Assembly: GCA_037379345.1 (NCBI GenBank)
Contig: CM074524.1
Coordinates: 3,817,635 to 3,881,634 of the forward strand
Length of the DNA: 64,000 nt
Reading direction: 5' to 3'
From: Perna viridis
Lineage: Eukaryota
Part shown: piece by piece, positions 1-14,592 of the stretch
Position numbering within the stretch: the first letter of the stretch is position 1
Layout of the letters: each line of letters opens with the position of its first letter
Position numbers and translations under genes: made by a program
Notes under the pieces: model-generated
The model's database searches: none
Seen by the model: only the letters and a program-made list of their open reading frames with translations
Told to the model about the DNA's origin: nothing

Positions 1-300
1 AATTTAATATTAAGTTTTTCATATATCCTGTGTTCTTTGGGGATAAAAATTGTATAGAATGCACTGTAGATTAAACATTAAGGGAAATAACTCAAATACA
101 ATAGAATCTGTTGGATTTTCCATGTTGATTATCTCCTAAGAGCAGGCAGATATTATCTCCTAAGAGCAGGCAGATTTGAATGAATAATCGCTCATTTCAT
201 AGTATAGACCCATAAAACAACTTAATGACAAAAATATATCGCCTTTTCTAGGGTGTATCACATTTTTCAGATTTTGCATGATTCTTACAAAGACAGCTAC
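1..300. mobile_element. MITE family C, partial copy at the window edge
   Basis: Matches 23190-23485 and ends attcttacaaagacagctac. Confidence 0.8.
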
Positions 301-1231
301 ATAAATTATCTTTCTTAAATAAACGGATATCTTTCAATCTTGAAATTGTGAGCTAGTGTATACGTATCTTTCATTGGTAACAGAAGTACATGTCAAGTTC
401 TTGTCACATTTTGCTCCGCAAATTCCTGACTGGTCTTCGTTCTAAATAATGTGCGAAGTCAAAATTTCACTAAGATTCTGGCAGGAAAGGGCCCATTTTA
501 AAAATAGTTTTTACCAAGGCTTTTTCTATTACACTCTTTAGTCATGTTCAAAGTTACGTTTTGATAAAGGGCCCATAATATCCCCAACAGTTCATGGTTG
601 GACATTTGAGCTTTATTTATGCAAGTGTAATGTACAAGTTGCGTAAATGACTGTCAATAACGACAAACCCATTGCACAGAAAGAAAAAAATTTTCTCCAG
701 TCATTAAACCGTTAGTTAAGTATATTCTTCATGCGTTTTAGACATTATAAACGATTTTCCATTTAGTTAATTTGCTAATTCGTTGTTGTCACCTAACATA
801 CTCATTAGAGTTATATATCATAGATAAGGCCTCTGTCATTACCGAGGTCAAACACACTGAACATGTGTACTTCGTGTACCCTACTGATCATATCGTAAAC
901 ATTTGACGGATTTCCCTTTAAATGTCAACTTTTAAAGTATTGTTGCTTTGAAGAAATTGTGTGGTTTCCGTTATTTTTTAAGCGGGAAAAGGATTTGACG
1001 AACAAAGAAGGCTTTCAGGTAAATTTATTTATTTTTGTTCTATCTTGTTATTGATATTTAGTTTTTATTTTAAATCTGATTGTTATAGAAAAACCACAAG
1101 ATCATTGACCCAGAAATCGGTGTTTTCCAGTTTTATCAAATTTATTTAAATATGGATGATAAGCACACTGGACACGTGGTTAACCTAAATTTAAAAAGTA
1201 AACAAAGAATCAGTCTTAATTTTTTCCATGT

Positions 1232-1267
<36 letters not shown>

Positions 1268-1560
1268 CAAAATAACAATGGATTGTATGACCAAAACCAC
1301 ATATTTCCGTCTCTTATCTGATATACAACACAGTTTATTTAAAGAATTGGTTATTTATACATTGAAATGAACACTCAAGTGTTACGTCAGTGCCACTCTT
1401 AGTAAGAATCATTGATTTGACTGAAGAGAATTTTACTGTAGAAATAAATAAATGTGAAACAAATTTCCTGTTTCTCCTGTAAACTTTCCCTCGAGTTTTT
1501 TGTGTTTTTATTATATCAATATCTCTCACGGACAGTTTATATGGGTCCGGAGTAGACAAA

Positions 1561-1735
1561 CAGGGCCGAATCCAGACACTTTCAAAAAGAGGGAGGGGGC
1601 CCTCCGAGGTTCCTCAGAAAAAGGGGAGGGTGCTAGAACATTATTTGCCATTTTTGCCAATTTTACACATGAAAACGACAAGTTTTCCAATAAAAAGGGG
1701 GTGCGAACCCCCTGCATTCCGTGGATCCGCCAATG
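1561..1735. mobile_element. GGCGGATCC-type short TIR element (related copy 7335-7568, fragment ~10860-10927)
   Basis: Ends cagggccgaatccag / gtggatccgccaatg with G-run internal motifs. Confidence 0.55.
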
Positions 1736-4700
1736 ACACATGCGTAAGACGAGATTTAATTCTTTGTTTACAGAAGTATATATGTAAAATTGCGTCCACA
1801 GTGGTCAACTCTCCTTTGATGAAATTTTGACCTCATTTTATTCCAGACATAGTGTATGGGCCGATTTTACCGGGCACAGTACTAGTGGTGTAAGGGGGGG
1901 GGGGGTTCCGGGGGTTCGAACATATTGTCAATTTTGTGCAATTGTGCATAACGTTAGCCTGGTACCCTCTTTGTAGATTTCTATATGGGAATCCTCTTTA
2001 TAAATAAGTTTCTTGATCCTTCAGTCTTTGTCATCATGATTTGACAAAGCCCAATATTAACAGGTGTTGTTATCTTGCGGAAAACATAACTTCATTTTGA
2101 CAGCATGACTAATGATGTCAACCGATATAAATAAATCAACATATTTACACTGTATTTTAAGGTAAGCACGTTTCAGTACTCTTATTCGAATTAAATGCAT
2201 GTCTGCATTTTATTGCATCATTTACATATTTCACTATTTTAACATGATGTTATGTCTTTAAATAGTTCGTTATTTCGATATGTTTCTGGAAAAACAATAT
2301 TGATTACACCAGACCTTCATTTTCCAGTCAGAGCTGATGATAGTGTTAAACTTTGAAGTTGGTTTGGTAAGGGCAAACTTTTGCCTCAAAAACATCTATA
2401 ACAGTCTACATGCAGAACATTTTATGATGTTTCTCTAGTTCTTTAATCTATTTTATAGATGATTTGATTGATTTATGGTTATAATATGAACATATACGGT
2501 CATATATGGCCTTCAAGCTTGGCTGAGATTGGGAAAATCTGTTAAAATTGAAGGCTGGAAAACACAGATTTTTTCGCACTTTCACTCTTTTAACAATGGC
2601 CACATGCGTGTTGACTCTCCGTGCTTTATATATTTTGTGTATAATTGTCAGTTAAAACCCATGTAAAAATATTTTCAGTCAACAGATGTGAGGCCACTTC
2701 CGTTCCGCACAAAACCATCTTAAAAATTACGGAAATGTTAAAGTTTTTGTAAAAGTTACATAAATGCATACTGTTATTTCTTTAATTACGCCCTAAATCT
2801 CGTCAAAATTTAACATCTTATATTCAAAATTTGCGACCATTTTACTATACTATTACTGTGCAATCAGCTTTAATCAAATTTTCAAAAATGTCCAAATTAA
2901 GAGGCCAAAAGGGGTTCTTACCGAACATTCTTGGCTGCGTAGTTTGATATTTTGTACAATAATCATAAATTTTATACGGCTGCAAAAGTTTGCGATGATG
3001 GCAGATATTAAATGACAGGGTGCTTTCGTTTGAATAGGTACTTTAAGTTTACATAAAATTGGTTGATCTTGATGAAATTTTATAACACTATTCAATACCA
3101 CAAAAAGGTGTAGGTACATGTATTAATATTTTGGGGTTGACTTGTGGTATCAACTGTTTTTGGCCACAAAGAACCATCAACAAACAATCTATGTAATTCA
3201 TGCAATTATACGTGAACTGTTTCTCAATACTCCAAGGATAAAAGACTTTACAGGGAAAATAAGCTCACGCAATAATGAAATGAAAAAACCAAAATAGCAA
3301 GTACATAGAAACACAACTTGTCCCAGAGTCGTATCAAGCTACACCTCTCAAATTTTAATAAAAAAATGTGTTTGAACAGTTCTGTTTCGAAGTTCGATTG
3401 AGACAGTTGGCCATATGTGATTAATATTCTATTTGTCTCTGCTGGCCTTGATGTTTATATACGACCATGTTTACACTGTCTGTGGCCGTTTGGTAGATAT
3501 CAGGGGAAAATATCGAGCTTCATTCGGAAAGCTTTAATGAAAATAGTTTTAGCATAGCCTATAATTGAAGAACTTTGATTTCAACTTTTAACAACTTTTC
3601 CTATATTTTGAGTAGACTTAAACTGCTCTAGGTTGAGAATACTCGCAATTTGTTAGATATAAAATGTGCGCTAAAATTTAAACATATGTGTATTACTGAG
3701 AATATTATTTATTTCCGTAGACTGATTCCTGCTGCACTGTGACATTTTTTTTTCTGAAAAAAATGTATAATTTAACACATGATTGAAGACAAAGTCTAAA
3801 AATGAACCAAAATGTAAAGTAATTTTTCATCTAAGAAGGTATATAGCTGACTTGGCATTAGATCCCTTGTACTAACCAGCTGGCCTGTGCATCATTAATT
3901 TTAATCGGTCTGTTCTTGTTCTGAACATAAAAAATAAAAAGCCTAATTACATATTTGGCTTAAGTTGTCAAGCTGAGAAATAAATGAGTACAATGTATTT
4001 AGATGAATTAGTTAGTTACATAACATGTTGTCACCATTGTAATAATGTTGTAATAAAGGTGTCCATAGTTAATGTCGCCGTATTATTGTGGACTACTTCC
4101 CTTTGGTAAGTACCAATTATTACTGATCAGGAGCTGAATAAGGGGGAAATGATCTTGTTTCCCATCTCCCAGGACATAGTTGTATCCATCGCAGTGTCAT
4201 TTTAAAACAATATGTTTTACCAGTATTTGAAATATTTAATAAACCATTCTTTTTTTTTTAAAGTTTAATACATTAATGGTTTGATTATGGCTACAAAGCA
4301 GAAATACAACTATACAAAATCTGTTCAATATACAAAATGTACATAATTGCAATTTTGGCGACTGTTATCAAAACAGACAGTGATTCCTGCTAAGTATTGC
4401 CTTTTGTTAAAATGTAACTTATACCTGGCATAACTTAACTATCATGTCACTGCTTTGGCTGCATCATGCATTTTGTCTCTACAAGGCATGGTAGACATTT
4501 ACGCATAACAAGGTTGAACCAAATTGTATACTTACTACATGTATTAGCAAGACCTAGACTACTGTCTTGCTATATAGACCTGTAATTCAGTAGATAGACA
4601 TTATTTTATAATTATACATGTATTTAGCCAAGTCTACAAGTACATTAACATATCTTCTACAGCTGATATTTAAGTCTTGTGTTATTACAAAACAAATGCG

Positions 4701-6023
4701 TTCGATTTGTACTTAGACAAAATAGAACAGACGCACTGTTCAAGTTGGTTGTCGAAAAAAATCAAACGAATTTTATGTACTATTTTCAGTTTAATTTAGT
4801 ACAAAAACATTCTTTAAACAGTGAAATTTTCAAAGGAATTGAATCTTCATATACATTTTCACATGAAATTCTCCCGTGTAAAACGAATTTCTGAACCACT
4901 TTAAAAGAGCACAAGTTCTTCATGTGAAAATGTCCTGTTCAAATTTGCAACAGTTCTACTTCAGGCAGTTGCCGTAACAATGCATTATTATTCTTCGGTA
5001 ACCGGAAATGATTGAAGTTGGTCGACGAGGATCTTCTGCAGCATGAGAACAGATTAGTACACCATGTCATAATTTTCCTCTCGTCTAAAACCACGATGTG
5101 ATACCTTATGAGCAACTCGGGGAGCAAAGGAAGCTTACCCAACCGGTGCACCTCGTTCATTCCCCCATTTTTACTTATGGTTCTTTGTGCGTGTTATTCT
5201 AACTAATATGCTAATTTTGTGTGTTTATTTCCTTTTTCTAGTGGTCATTCCTGTTTGAATAACATGTTCGAATCCTGGTTCCATTGACTTCCTTTAGCTC
5301 AATTCTCTATACTTGATGACAAGTAATTAACAAAACTAGTAATGCATGGATAATAACTGATAGACTGAAATATGGCGGGTTTATAAATTTCAATGACCTT
5401 CAAATGTCTTTGAACATTGTTATTAGGATCCTCGCTTTTCTGTAGTAGACTGTAACTGTATACATTCTATAATGACTGGCTTTGGACCGTATATTTTCTT
5501 AGGGTTTCAAATGTAAGTAATGTGATCTTCTTATAAAACGTCCCCTCCGTACCTTAAACATACACTTGAATAATGGCTACATCATGGTAATTGCTTAGTT
5601 TGAGGTAAGTGGTTCGATGTTCTTGCATTGCTATTTTCGCTATTAAAAATATGGGTACAAGCAAAAGAAAGACTAAAATGGGTCAACTTATTACGTAATA
5701 ATAGCATGGAATATTATCACAATGGTAATGTAAACTGGGTTGTATAACATTCAGGGAAAAATGTAGAAATTTTGATTCCAAATTTGAGTACATAAAATTA
5801 AATGGATGTAAATAGACAACTAAATTGTATGACCTATAAAAACAATTTGCCTGCAACAGAATTGAAATCTATATATTTTTAGTTTTCTATATTTTTTATG
5901 TGTCCATATTTTTTTTTTAGGATTTTTCTCACAGTAGCATTCCCAGATCACTTTTGAAGTTTTTTTTTAAAGGCAGCATATGCGTCATATTTGACTTATT
6001 CGTATTTAAGTCACTGAACAAAT

Positions 6024-6505
6024 GTACCTCGCTATCCACTTGATACCAGGGGTGTAGATACAGTACCTCGCTATCCACTTGATACCGAGGAATGTAGATA
6101 CAGTACCTCGCTATCCACTTGATACCGGGGGTGTAGATACAGCTACTAGCTCTCCATTTGATACCTGGAAGATGTAGATACAGTACCTCGTTATCCACTT
6201 GATACCGGGGGATGTAGATACAGTACCTCGCTATCCACTTGATACCAGAGGAATGTAGATACAGTACCTCGCTATCCACTTGATACCGGGGATGTAGATG
6301 CAGTTACTCGCTGTTCACTTGATACCTGAGGATGTAGATACAGATACTAGCTGTCCATTTGATACCAGGGGGGGGTGTAGATACAGTACCTCGCTATTCA
6401 TTCGATATCGGAGAATGTAGATACAGTTACTCGCTATCTACTTAGTACCGGGTGATGTAGATTCAGTTAGTCCCTGTCCACTTGATACCGGATAATGTAG
6501 ATACA
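6024..6505. repeat. ~40 bp minisatellite, ~12 copies
   Basis: Unit gtacctcgctatccacttgataccggggatgtagataca. Confidence 0.95.
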
Positions 6506-8053
6506 AACTTCGTTTTTACTTCGATGATGACTACCCCAATTAATTGTTCCCGTGTATGTATACGTTAAAAGTTGGGTTTTAAATACCCAAAAGAGAGGTA
6601 TATAGATCATGATGTCTTTAACAGTTTTCTCTGCAACACCATATTACAGCCTCTTATATTGGTGTGTGATTTTCAGCTTCCTGTTTGACGACTTATTAAA
6701 TGTTTGAATCGACAGTTTTCGCCACAGTTATCTCTGCCACTACTTAAAAGTCAAATTATTAAGGCTCTGCTATATCTACTTTGTGATTGACGCCCTAAAG
6801 TAATCAGTTTGTCCGTCCGTAATAATTTGTGCCCGAGCTGTTACTTTATTGTCTTTGGTGTAGGCGTCTGATATTTGGCATTAGGGTAGATCAACTCATG
6901 ATGACATGTCACATATCATGATGAACTTTAACTTTGAACTCTGATCTCAATGTCAAAATAATGATTTTCGCATTACAGATTCCTGTCTGCTGTAACGTTT
7001 TCATGTCTTTTTGTGTAGGCCGAAAATTCATATTTGGTATGAGCGTAGATCAGCTTAAGATCATGATATTTTACTTTGAACTTTGACTTCATTGTCAAAT
7101 TAATAAATTTTTCACAACTGTTGTCTAGTCTGTAATGAGTTTTGTGGATAAATTTAGTTTGTTGTGCATGGCTGAGGTACATGACTGTTACCGCAGCGGG
7201 CCTACTGTGATTGATTCCATGTAAATGAGGTCTAGTTTTACTTTTTAAAAAATCTAAAAACATTTAACACTAACTTGCTTCGGTAAGCTGCCTCGAATTG
7301 TTTCCTTGTCCAGTGTTGACATAAATTGCGTTCTCAGGGGCGGATCCAGGAATTTAGATTAGGGGGGCCGAGCGAGGCGAACAATTTTTCTAGGTTAAAT
7401 TTTTGAAATGTTCTTCTAGGGTGGGTGCAATGTAGATATCTTTTGTTGTAAAATTAGCAAGAAATTAAAGTTTCAACCTAAAACTGCCTAAATCTACACC
7501 TGAAAATCCATGCTTTCCAAATTTAGGGGGCGCACGCCCGCCACGCCCCTGCCTGATACCACCCCTGGTTCTTACATGTATATAGTGCTATTAACATCAT
7601 CATAATGCGTGTCACAGTCTCGAAAAACTAAGTCCTCATTTTAAAGGTTATAAAACAATAAAGCAACTTATTGGAGTCTACCCTTCACATGGTCATAACG
7701 TCTATACTGTTTATTTTATTTCTAACAGATATTTTTTATTTGCGAACATTATTTTTATGCTATGAACGTGAGACGAGATTTGATGAGATGTTATACCAAG
7801 TTAGTATGAACCATTAATACACAAAAGTAACACTTGATATGTTACTTCTTCTTCATGTACGCCTCTCACAATTCGATAATTGATTCCTCGACGAATCTGA
7901 TTTTCTTTTTTAGGTCTAAGATAATTCCACATAACTTTTCGTAAATGGAAATTGGTACTCTCCAAATTTGTCATCTGAGGTCTTTGAATTCTGTACATGT
8001 CCGAAAAATGTGTTGAGAGTTTTGCTCCTCTTTACCGCATTGAAGAACAAAAA

Positions 8054-8291
8054 ATGAGCAACTCGGCGGGTGTTTCTAGAAAAGCAGAGGACGCTTACCC
8101 TACCGGTGCACCTGGTCTATGCTCCCAGTTTTTAGTGGAGTCCGAGTTGCTCATTTACTTTTGTTACTTTGTATGTATGATTTTGGTTACTTTATGTTCT
8201 TTGTTTTGTATGTCTGTTTTCCATGTCTGGTCTTTGTCCCTCGATTACATTCTTTTGATTACCGCTATAACCTTGGTTCCCTTGATTACTC
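8054..8291 (+). mobile_element. ~240 bp structured interspersed repeat (SINE-like), copy 1
   Basis: Near-identical copies at 10028-10266(-), 11553-11767(+) and 30034-30271(-), with a shared 3' end GATTACTC. Confidence 0.85.
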
Positions 8292-8954
8292 ATTGACACC
8301 TTGGAGATGGTTCTGCATTCAGTTTTCTTTATAAGTGCTAGGTCTATTGTGTCCAGTTCTTAGTCTGAAGATGATAACTTGCTCAGATCTTGTAAGCTGA
8401 TGGTAAGTATCATGTGGTTGATGTGTTTGGAATATGGACTTTATAATCGTCTTCTTCTCAGCTATGGGGACTGGATCATTTGGCTCTTGTTTTGCTCATA
8501 CCTTTTCTTGTCTGCTCTCTCATTGCCATAAATTTAGAGTGAAATCCATTACACTATTTTTCGTAAGCTCTGATGTTGTTTAGAGCGTGCCTTAGCATTT
8601 GAAGTTTGTTGTTTGTCAATGCTTGTAGTACAGATGGGACATCAGTGAGAAAAACAAGTTGATCTGTGATGTACATTTAGGTTCTATGTCTGGTATTTGT
8701 TGTTTGTATCATTGATTGTATTTCTGCAGTAGTTGCCTGTTGGAATGACCTCATATTGTTTATCTTCATTAGGATATTCAATGTATAAACCAGATCCTCC
8801 GTCGTTTTATTGCATTTGTTGCCGATCCACCAGTGTAAATTCTAATTCAAGACTTTTTGGATACCGCTCTTCAATCATGGTTAGGGTGAGTATTTAGTTG
8901 ACAATGATGCTCTAGTCTAGAACAGTTGTTTCTATGAGGAGGTTTTCGACCCCT

Positions 8955-9650
8955 TTTTATACGACCGCATAAAATTTTAGGAAACTTATTTACAGGGTAG
9001 GCTTACTTAAACTGTTTTTGAGTGCAAAGGTGTACAACATTGGGACAAAAATTTGCGGTCGTATATTGGTATGGCTCTGTCGTCGTCGTCGTCGTCGTCC
9101 TCGTCCGTAGTCACTTTGTTTTCGTGCTATAACTTGATAATTTGTTGGTTGATCTAATTAAAATCTTATAACAAGTTTAAAACCACAAAAGGAAAGGTTG
9201 GTATTGATTTTGGGGATAATGGACCCAACTGTTTTAGAATTAGGTGCCGAAAAAGGGACCAAAAATAAATATTGCATAGAAATAAACTATATCTCCAGTA
9301 AAAGCATAGGAATATTTATGATATTGATTCACAGTATTCTATACCACAATCTACAGACTTGAATTGAATCTTTGGATAAAGACTTGAACTGTTCAGAAAT
9401 TAAGGGGCAAAAGGAGGGGCCATAAATATGATCAATTACGCTAGTTTTGCACTGTGAACGATCAGTCACTTCAGCTGCGCAATGTGAAAGACCAGTCACT
9501 CCAGCTGCGCACTATGCGTGATCTGCCACTCCAGCTGCGCACTGTGAACGACCAGTCACTCCAGCTGCGCACTATAAATAATCAGTCACTCCAGCTGCGC
9601 ACTGTGAACAATCAGTCACTCCAGTTGTGCACTGTGAACGATCAGTAATT
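8955..9650. mobile_element. HINE/Helentron-like non-autonomous element containing a 30 bp tandem array (9449-9647)
   Basis: Subterminal inverted repeat tatacgaccgc/gcggtcgtata, a (GTC)n microsatellite and internal tandem repeats. The 3' end is uncertain. Confidence 0.6.
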
Positions 9651-10027
9651 GTTTCATTGTATTATGACAACAATTTCTTGCCTATATTTATAAAAAAAAA
9701 ACATAGGATATTAGAGGGATATTCATTTTAGGTAAATAGAAAAATTATATATATATTTTGAAATATCGTTGAAATATCCAGGTAGAAAAGGGAATTATCT
9801 AAGGGCTAAATTTAGCGTTAAATTGTAGGAAAAGTTAAAATCATACGAGCGGAATTTTACCAATAACAAATTTATAGCAATATTGATTTTACTAAAAATG
9901 ATATTGGTTACTCAAATATCTTATTTTTTAAGGAAACAATCATGTTGTGAATTCGTTAAGGGGAATATGCAGAATATGTATGTATTCACCAGAATGGAAG
10001 TAATACAAATCTATTGAGGATGTCTAA

Positions 10028-10266
10028 GAGTAATCAATGGAACCAAGGTTATGGCGGTAATCAAAATAATGTAATTCGGGGACAAAGACCATACATTGAA
10101 AACAGACATACACAACAAAAAACATAAAGTAACCAAAATTATGCACACAAAGTAACAAAAACAAATGAGCAACTCGGACTCCACTAAAAACTGGGAGCAT
10201 GGAATTGGTGCACAGGTAGGGTAAGCGTCCTCTGCTTTTTCTAGAAACACCCGCCAAGTTGCTCAT
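10028..10266 (-). mobile_element. ~240 bp structured interspersed repeat, copy 2
   Basis: Reverse complement of 8054-8291. Confidence 0.85.
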
Positions 10267-11552
10267 TTATATAGTAGGTGATTCGTGTTTCTATTTTTTG
10301 TATAAAAAACGCGCACACACGGACAATGTGAATAAAGAACATAATTATATGAAAAGGAGAAAGGGAAATAACTACGACTTAAAAGCCAAGTCGAGTTGAC
10401 CCAAACAACAACGAAGACATGCTCTGCTTATGGAGTAAGTTCTATTCTCCTCACATATATTTACTGTATCTTTTCTATTTACTATATTATAATGGCAATA
10501 TTAAATCGGAGATGGATCACATTAAATCAGTCGAAATTTAAAATGGTGACTGAAGAATTTATTTGAAATGAAGACCTCAATGTAACATAACCCTTGCCCA
10601 AATACTGCTTAGTAAGAAGTTAAGTCTGGGAAAAGCACGCATAAACACCTTGTATAACTGTAATTTCAAAGCGTCAATGATTTTCATAGTTTAAGATTGA
10701 GTGGTATTCGTTTGTTTGATTTTTTTTAGCTTTTTTATTATCTATTTTTGTCTTCTTTTTTGCATGCCTATCAAAATTAATTGTTACTTACATGTACAAA
10801 CATAAATTCAAAGATGGAAGGTCTGGTCTTAACATTCTCAATTTGAGAAAGTTTGTTGAACTTTGTCTGATATCCAGAAACTTTGAAAAAAAGGGTGTTC
10901 CAACCGCCGGATCTCCACCTGAATCCACTATTGATCTGTGAATTGATTATGCTCTGCAAAACGAATTTTGGAAAGCATAATGGTTTTACTGCACAGAATT
11001 TTCACGAAATTTGGTGCTTAGTGTGAACATCTAGTTATGCAATGTTACCAGGATAATTTTGTTGGAGTTTTTCTTATTTGAACTGAGTTTTCTGGAGAAC
11101 ACTTCAAGTTTTAAGCAGCTTGTCGTCTTAACACAACTCTCAAAATTTGGTTGTGAATACTATCAGAAAATTTTAATCTCAAAATATGTAGGCGGTTACA
11201 ATGTATGCCGCTTTGAAACTGAAAACACTCCTTGGCATCATTAAAACGTCTCTCAAACTTCTATACGGTATTTCCTTCGATATATAATAAGGACACAATA
11301 CATAGTCGTGTTTATGACTAGATTTGTTCCTAATTCTGTCCGAGTTGTGCCTCATTTATGATAGTCACCTGTAATGCCTCACTGAACCATATTTTCAGTG
11401 CAAATCCCCCTATTATACAAGCGAGTGGGCCATTGTTTTGTTTACATTATAAATTTATGAACATCTTCGTCTCATTCAATGTAAGATACTTTAGACATGT
11501 GAGTGTACTCACAAGTTCTTCCACTCGTTGAGCGGTGCATTGGTTTCAATCA

Positions 11553-11767
11553 TAGAAACGTAGAGGACGCTTACCCCACCGGTGCACCTGGTCCATGCTC
11601 CCACTTTTTAGTGGAGTCCGAGTTGCTCATTTGCTTTTATTACTTTTTATGTATGATTTTAGTTACTTTATGTTCTTTGATGAGTATGTCTGTTTTCCAT
11701 GTCTGGTCTTTGTCCCTGGATTACATTCTTTTGATTACCGCTATAACCTTGGTTCCCTTGATTACTC
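11553..11767 (+). mobile_element. ~240 bp structured interspersed repeat, 5'-truncated copy 3
   Basis: Matches 8077-8291. Confidence 0.85.
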
Positions 11768-13060
11768 TTACTTCCGCTGTCAATTAAATAAAGAATTGTA
11801 CTGGATTTACTCTGGCTACTAATGAAAATAACTTTGTATTTATACCCGAAAGTGCGTATAAGACTTAAACAACTGTCACTATAATACTAAAGAATGAGGA
11901 GAGCCTTGAGAACACATCTTCGAAAGTGTTTTAAAAAGTATTTGGTAACGCTAATGTCCAGTAAATAGCACAATGGCTGTTTTCTCCACGATTTATTTAT
12001 ACCAGGTATATTACGGGACATTAACGTCCTGTCGCAGTTGTTGAAAGTTTACAATACTCCAATAAATTATAAGTAGATATGCGTTCTCACGAAGCCGGGT
12101 ACTGTCAGCTGTCAGGCTAAAATCGTTTTACCCACGTGGAAATTCCCCGCTGTTCATCTATGTATACCAATAAACGTTTAAATGTAATCCTCTGAAACAG
12201 TTTATTGCTTACAAATGAGAAAACTGAAAGTAAAATTAAGATGATAGTGTGGGGCATATGTGCGTGACGAATATGGAACGGTTTTAGCCAGGTCTTATTT
12301 CACCATAAGTTTGGATTACAAAAAAACTGTGTGATATTTTAATCGTATGTGTGTTAATTTGTGGAGACAACCTTAGCTGATGCTGGTGTCCTTTGACTTT
12401 TATTTGTATAATGTACTGTCTTAAATTTATATTTGTTGTTTCATAGTTGTGGAATTTTCAACCTTTTGATCAGATGATGGAAAGAAAAATGATGTGTTTT
12501 TGTACGGTAATGAATTTGAGCTAGATTGTAGAGATATCTATCGGATCCTAGATCAAATTCAACCTGGGTAAATAATCTCATAACAAAAGTGTCAGTCACT
12601 GATGTGAACAAAACAACATCAGTTTAATAATGGATGTCTTACTGAAATATTTATCATACATGCAACGTAATTGAGATTGAAATGGAAACCATTCACAAGG
12701 TTGGAAACTTGAGTAAATTGTCCAACAATGCACCAAACAGAGGAACTGAACAAGGTAATGAACACTAAGGGATTTCATATATAATTGTAAAATTAGATAA
12801 ACCCTTAATCAAAATGTATGTTTTAAAGCATAAACCTTTTAGTTTTTTATAGAAGATGGGGGCATATTTTTAAAAAGGCAGATTCGTATACACAGATAAA
12901 ATCGAGGCGAGAAATATAAGTGAAACATAATTGTAAAGACAGACACTTCCATCAAACAACTACCCCCTTTCCCATCTAATGTTTATGCCGTGGTCCCCCA
13001 TCTAATAGTTATTTCGTGGTCATTCTAAATTTCCTAAGTTGCAGATACGTTTTTCGTGTG

Positions 13061-13094
<34 letters not shown>

Positions 13095-14449
13095 TGGTTC
13101 AGAAACAATACCGTACATGAGATTCAGGACTTCTTTGTAGAGTGTGTTGATGATTTTACTCTACATTGTACATTTTTTTTTTAGAAAAATATACACTGCG
13201 TGTATACAAAAAACGTTTAAAACTTATAAAGGTACACAAAAGTACTGTGAATAACTACGATGTTTTCGTTGTTGCAAAAATGCGACAGACTATATTTAAA
13301 AACTCGCAATGTGATATTTTCAACATAACTGAATTAAATGGTTTTTTTGTTTTTTTTTTTTTTTTTGTTTTTTTGTTTTTGTTATTTTTTTTTTTTTTTT
13401 TGTTCGCAATAATTAAAATTTGATTTACAATATAAATATAATGACAAAACCGCAATAAGTAACGCATACATTAATTTCTGAATTTACAGTATTCATTTTT
13501 CATGCTAATTTTAATATTCCCATTGAAATTAATTTGGGATAAATACTGTAATCTGACTGGTTAAAATATTTTTTATACATATCTCGATGGATAAAAAATA
13601 TTGACACGCCCCTATACAGTTGAATTCAGAGCTACTTTTCTCATGTTTAAAGATAAAAATATGTTTTAAAATTATTTTATAAGAATTGGCTGTGATAAAA
13701 ATTTTGTTTATTGAAAAATGACATAAATTTTCCATGTGCACTTCGCGCAATAAACAAAATATACACATGAAAAATTACGTTATTATCCAATAGACCAATT
13801 TTTATTATTGCCACATAATGTAATGACTTAACAAAGACAGATGACCGTACATATACACCATTGACTTGCTCTGTCTTCCTATGTTTGTTCTTGACAAACA
13901 TGCATATGACGACCATCTTTGATTATAGATTATAAAAGGCTTTTGCTATAAATTACATATTGTGTAATTCTCAACTTTATCTTGACCCGGAATTTGATAG
14001 GGAAAATTTTATCGGTATTAAAAATTGCAAATTGGACCGAATCCCAAAACGGACGATGTAAAGGATGTTTCTGGTATGTAATTTTCCTTGGTTTTACTTC
14101 ATTACTCTAAATATGTCTTAGAACTACCAATTTGGTTTTAAGTGTCTACAGTTTTCGTTTTGTTTTTTCGTGTTTGTTATGTTTGTTTTATATGTTTATA
14201 ACCTATTGGCAGTCTTGAAGTCTTGGAACTTATGCCGACTGAATGTTGTTCCTAATTGTGTATCCCTTTTTGGTATTTAATCTCCTCCCAAGTCCTGTTT
14301 GTTTGTTTGTTATTTTTTATAAGGGAGGGATTCTATTTTTTGTTATCATAACGTGACGTATGGATTTTACTGTACGGAAAAAGAAAGCTCCTTTCTTCTT
14401 TGTTTGTTTGTTTGTTTTTTTTTTGTTATTTTACTGTACGGAAAAAGAA

Positions 14450-14592
14450 NNNNNNNNNNNNNNNNNNNNNNNNNNNNNNNNNNNNNNNNNNNNNNNNNNN
14501 NNNNNNNNNNNNNNNNNNNNNNNNNNNNNNNNNNNNNNNNNNNNNNNNNNNNNNNNNNNNNNNNNNNNNNNNNNNNNNNNNNNNNNNNNNNN
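14450..14592. other. Assembly gap (N run)
   Basis: Run of N characters. Confidence 0.99.

Noticed and set aside
960-1024. Possible non-coding first exon ending ttcag|gtaaat
   Set aside because: Donor-like signal only, with no evidence linking it to the channel gene.
8054-8154. tRNA gene or tRNA-derived head
   Set aside because: Multi-stem, but it lacks recognisable A/B boxes, a T-loop GTTCRA and anticodon arm geometry.
7997-11822. Recurring ORFs ([10 protein letters not shown]..., FSGVRVAHL...) also seen at 29969-30367
   Set aside because: Translations of the dispersed ~240 bp repeat. Different frames are open in different copies.
12447-12568. Possible upstream exon (ag...CCTGG|gtaaat, phase-2 compatible)
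   Set aside because: No in-frame ATG or homology. It cannot be supported without transcripts.
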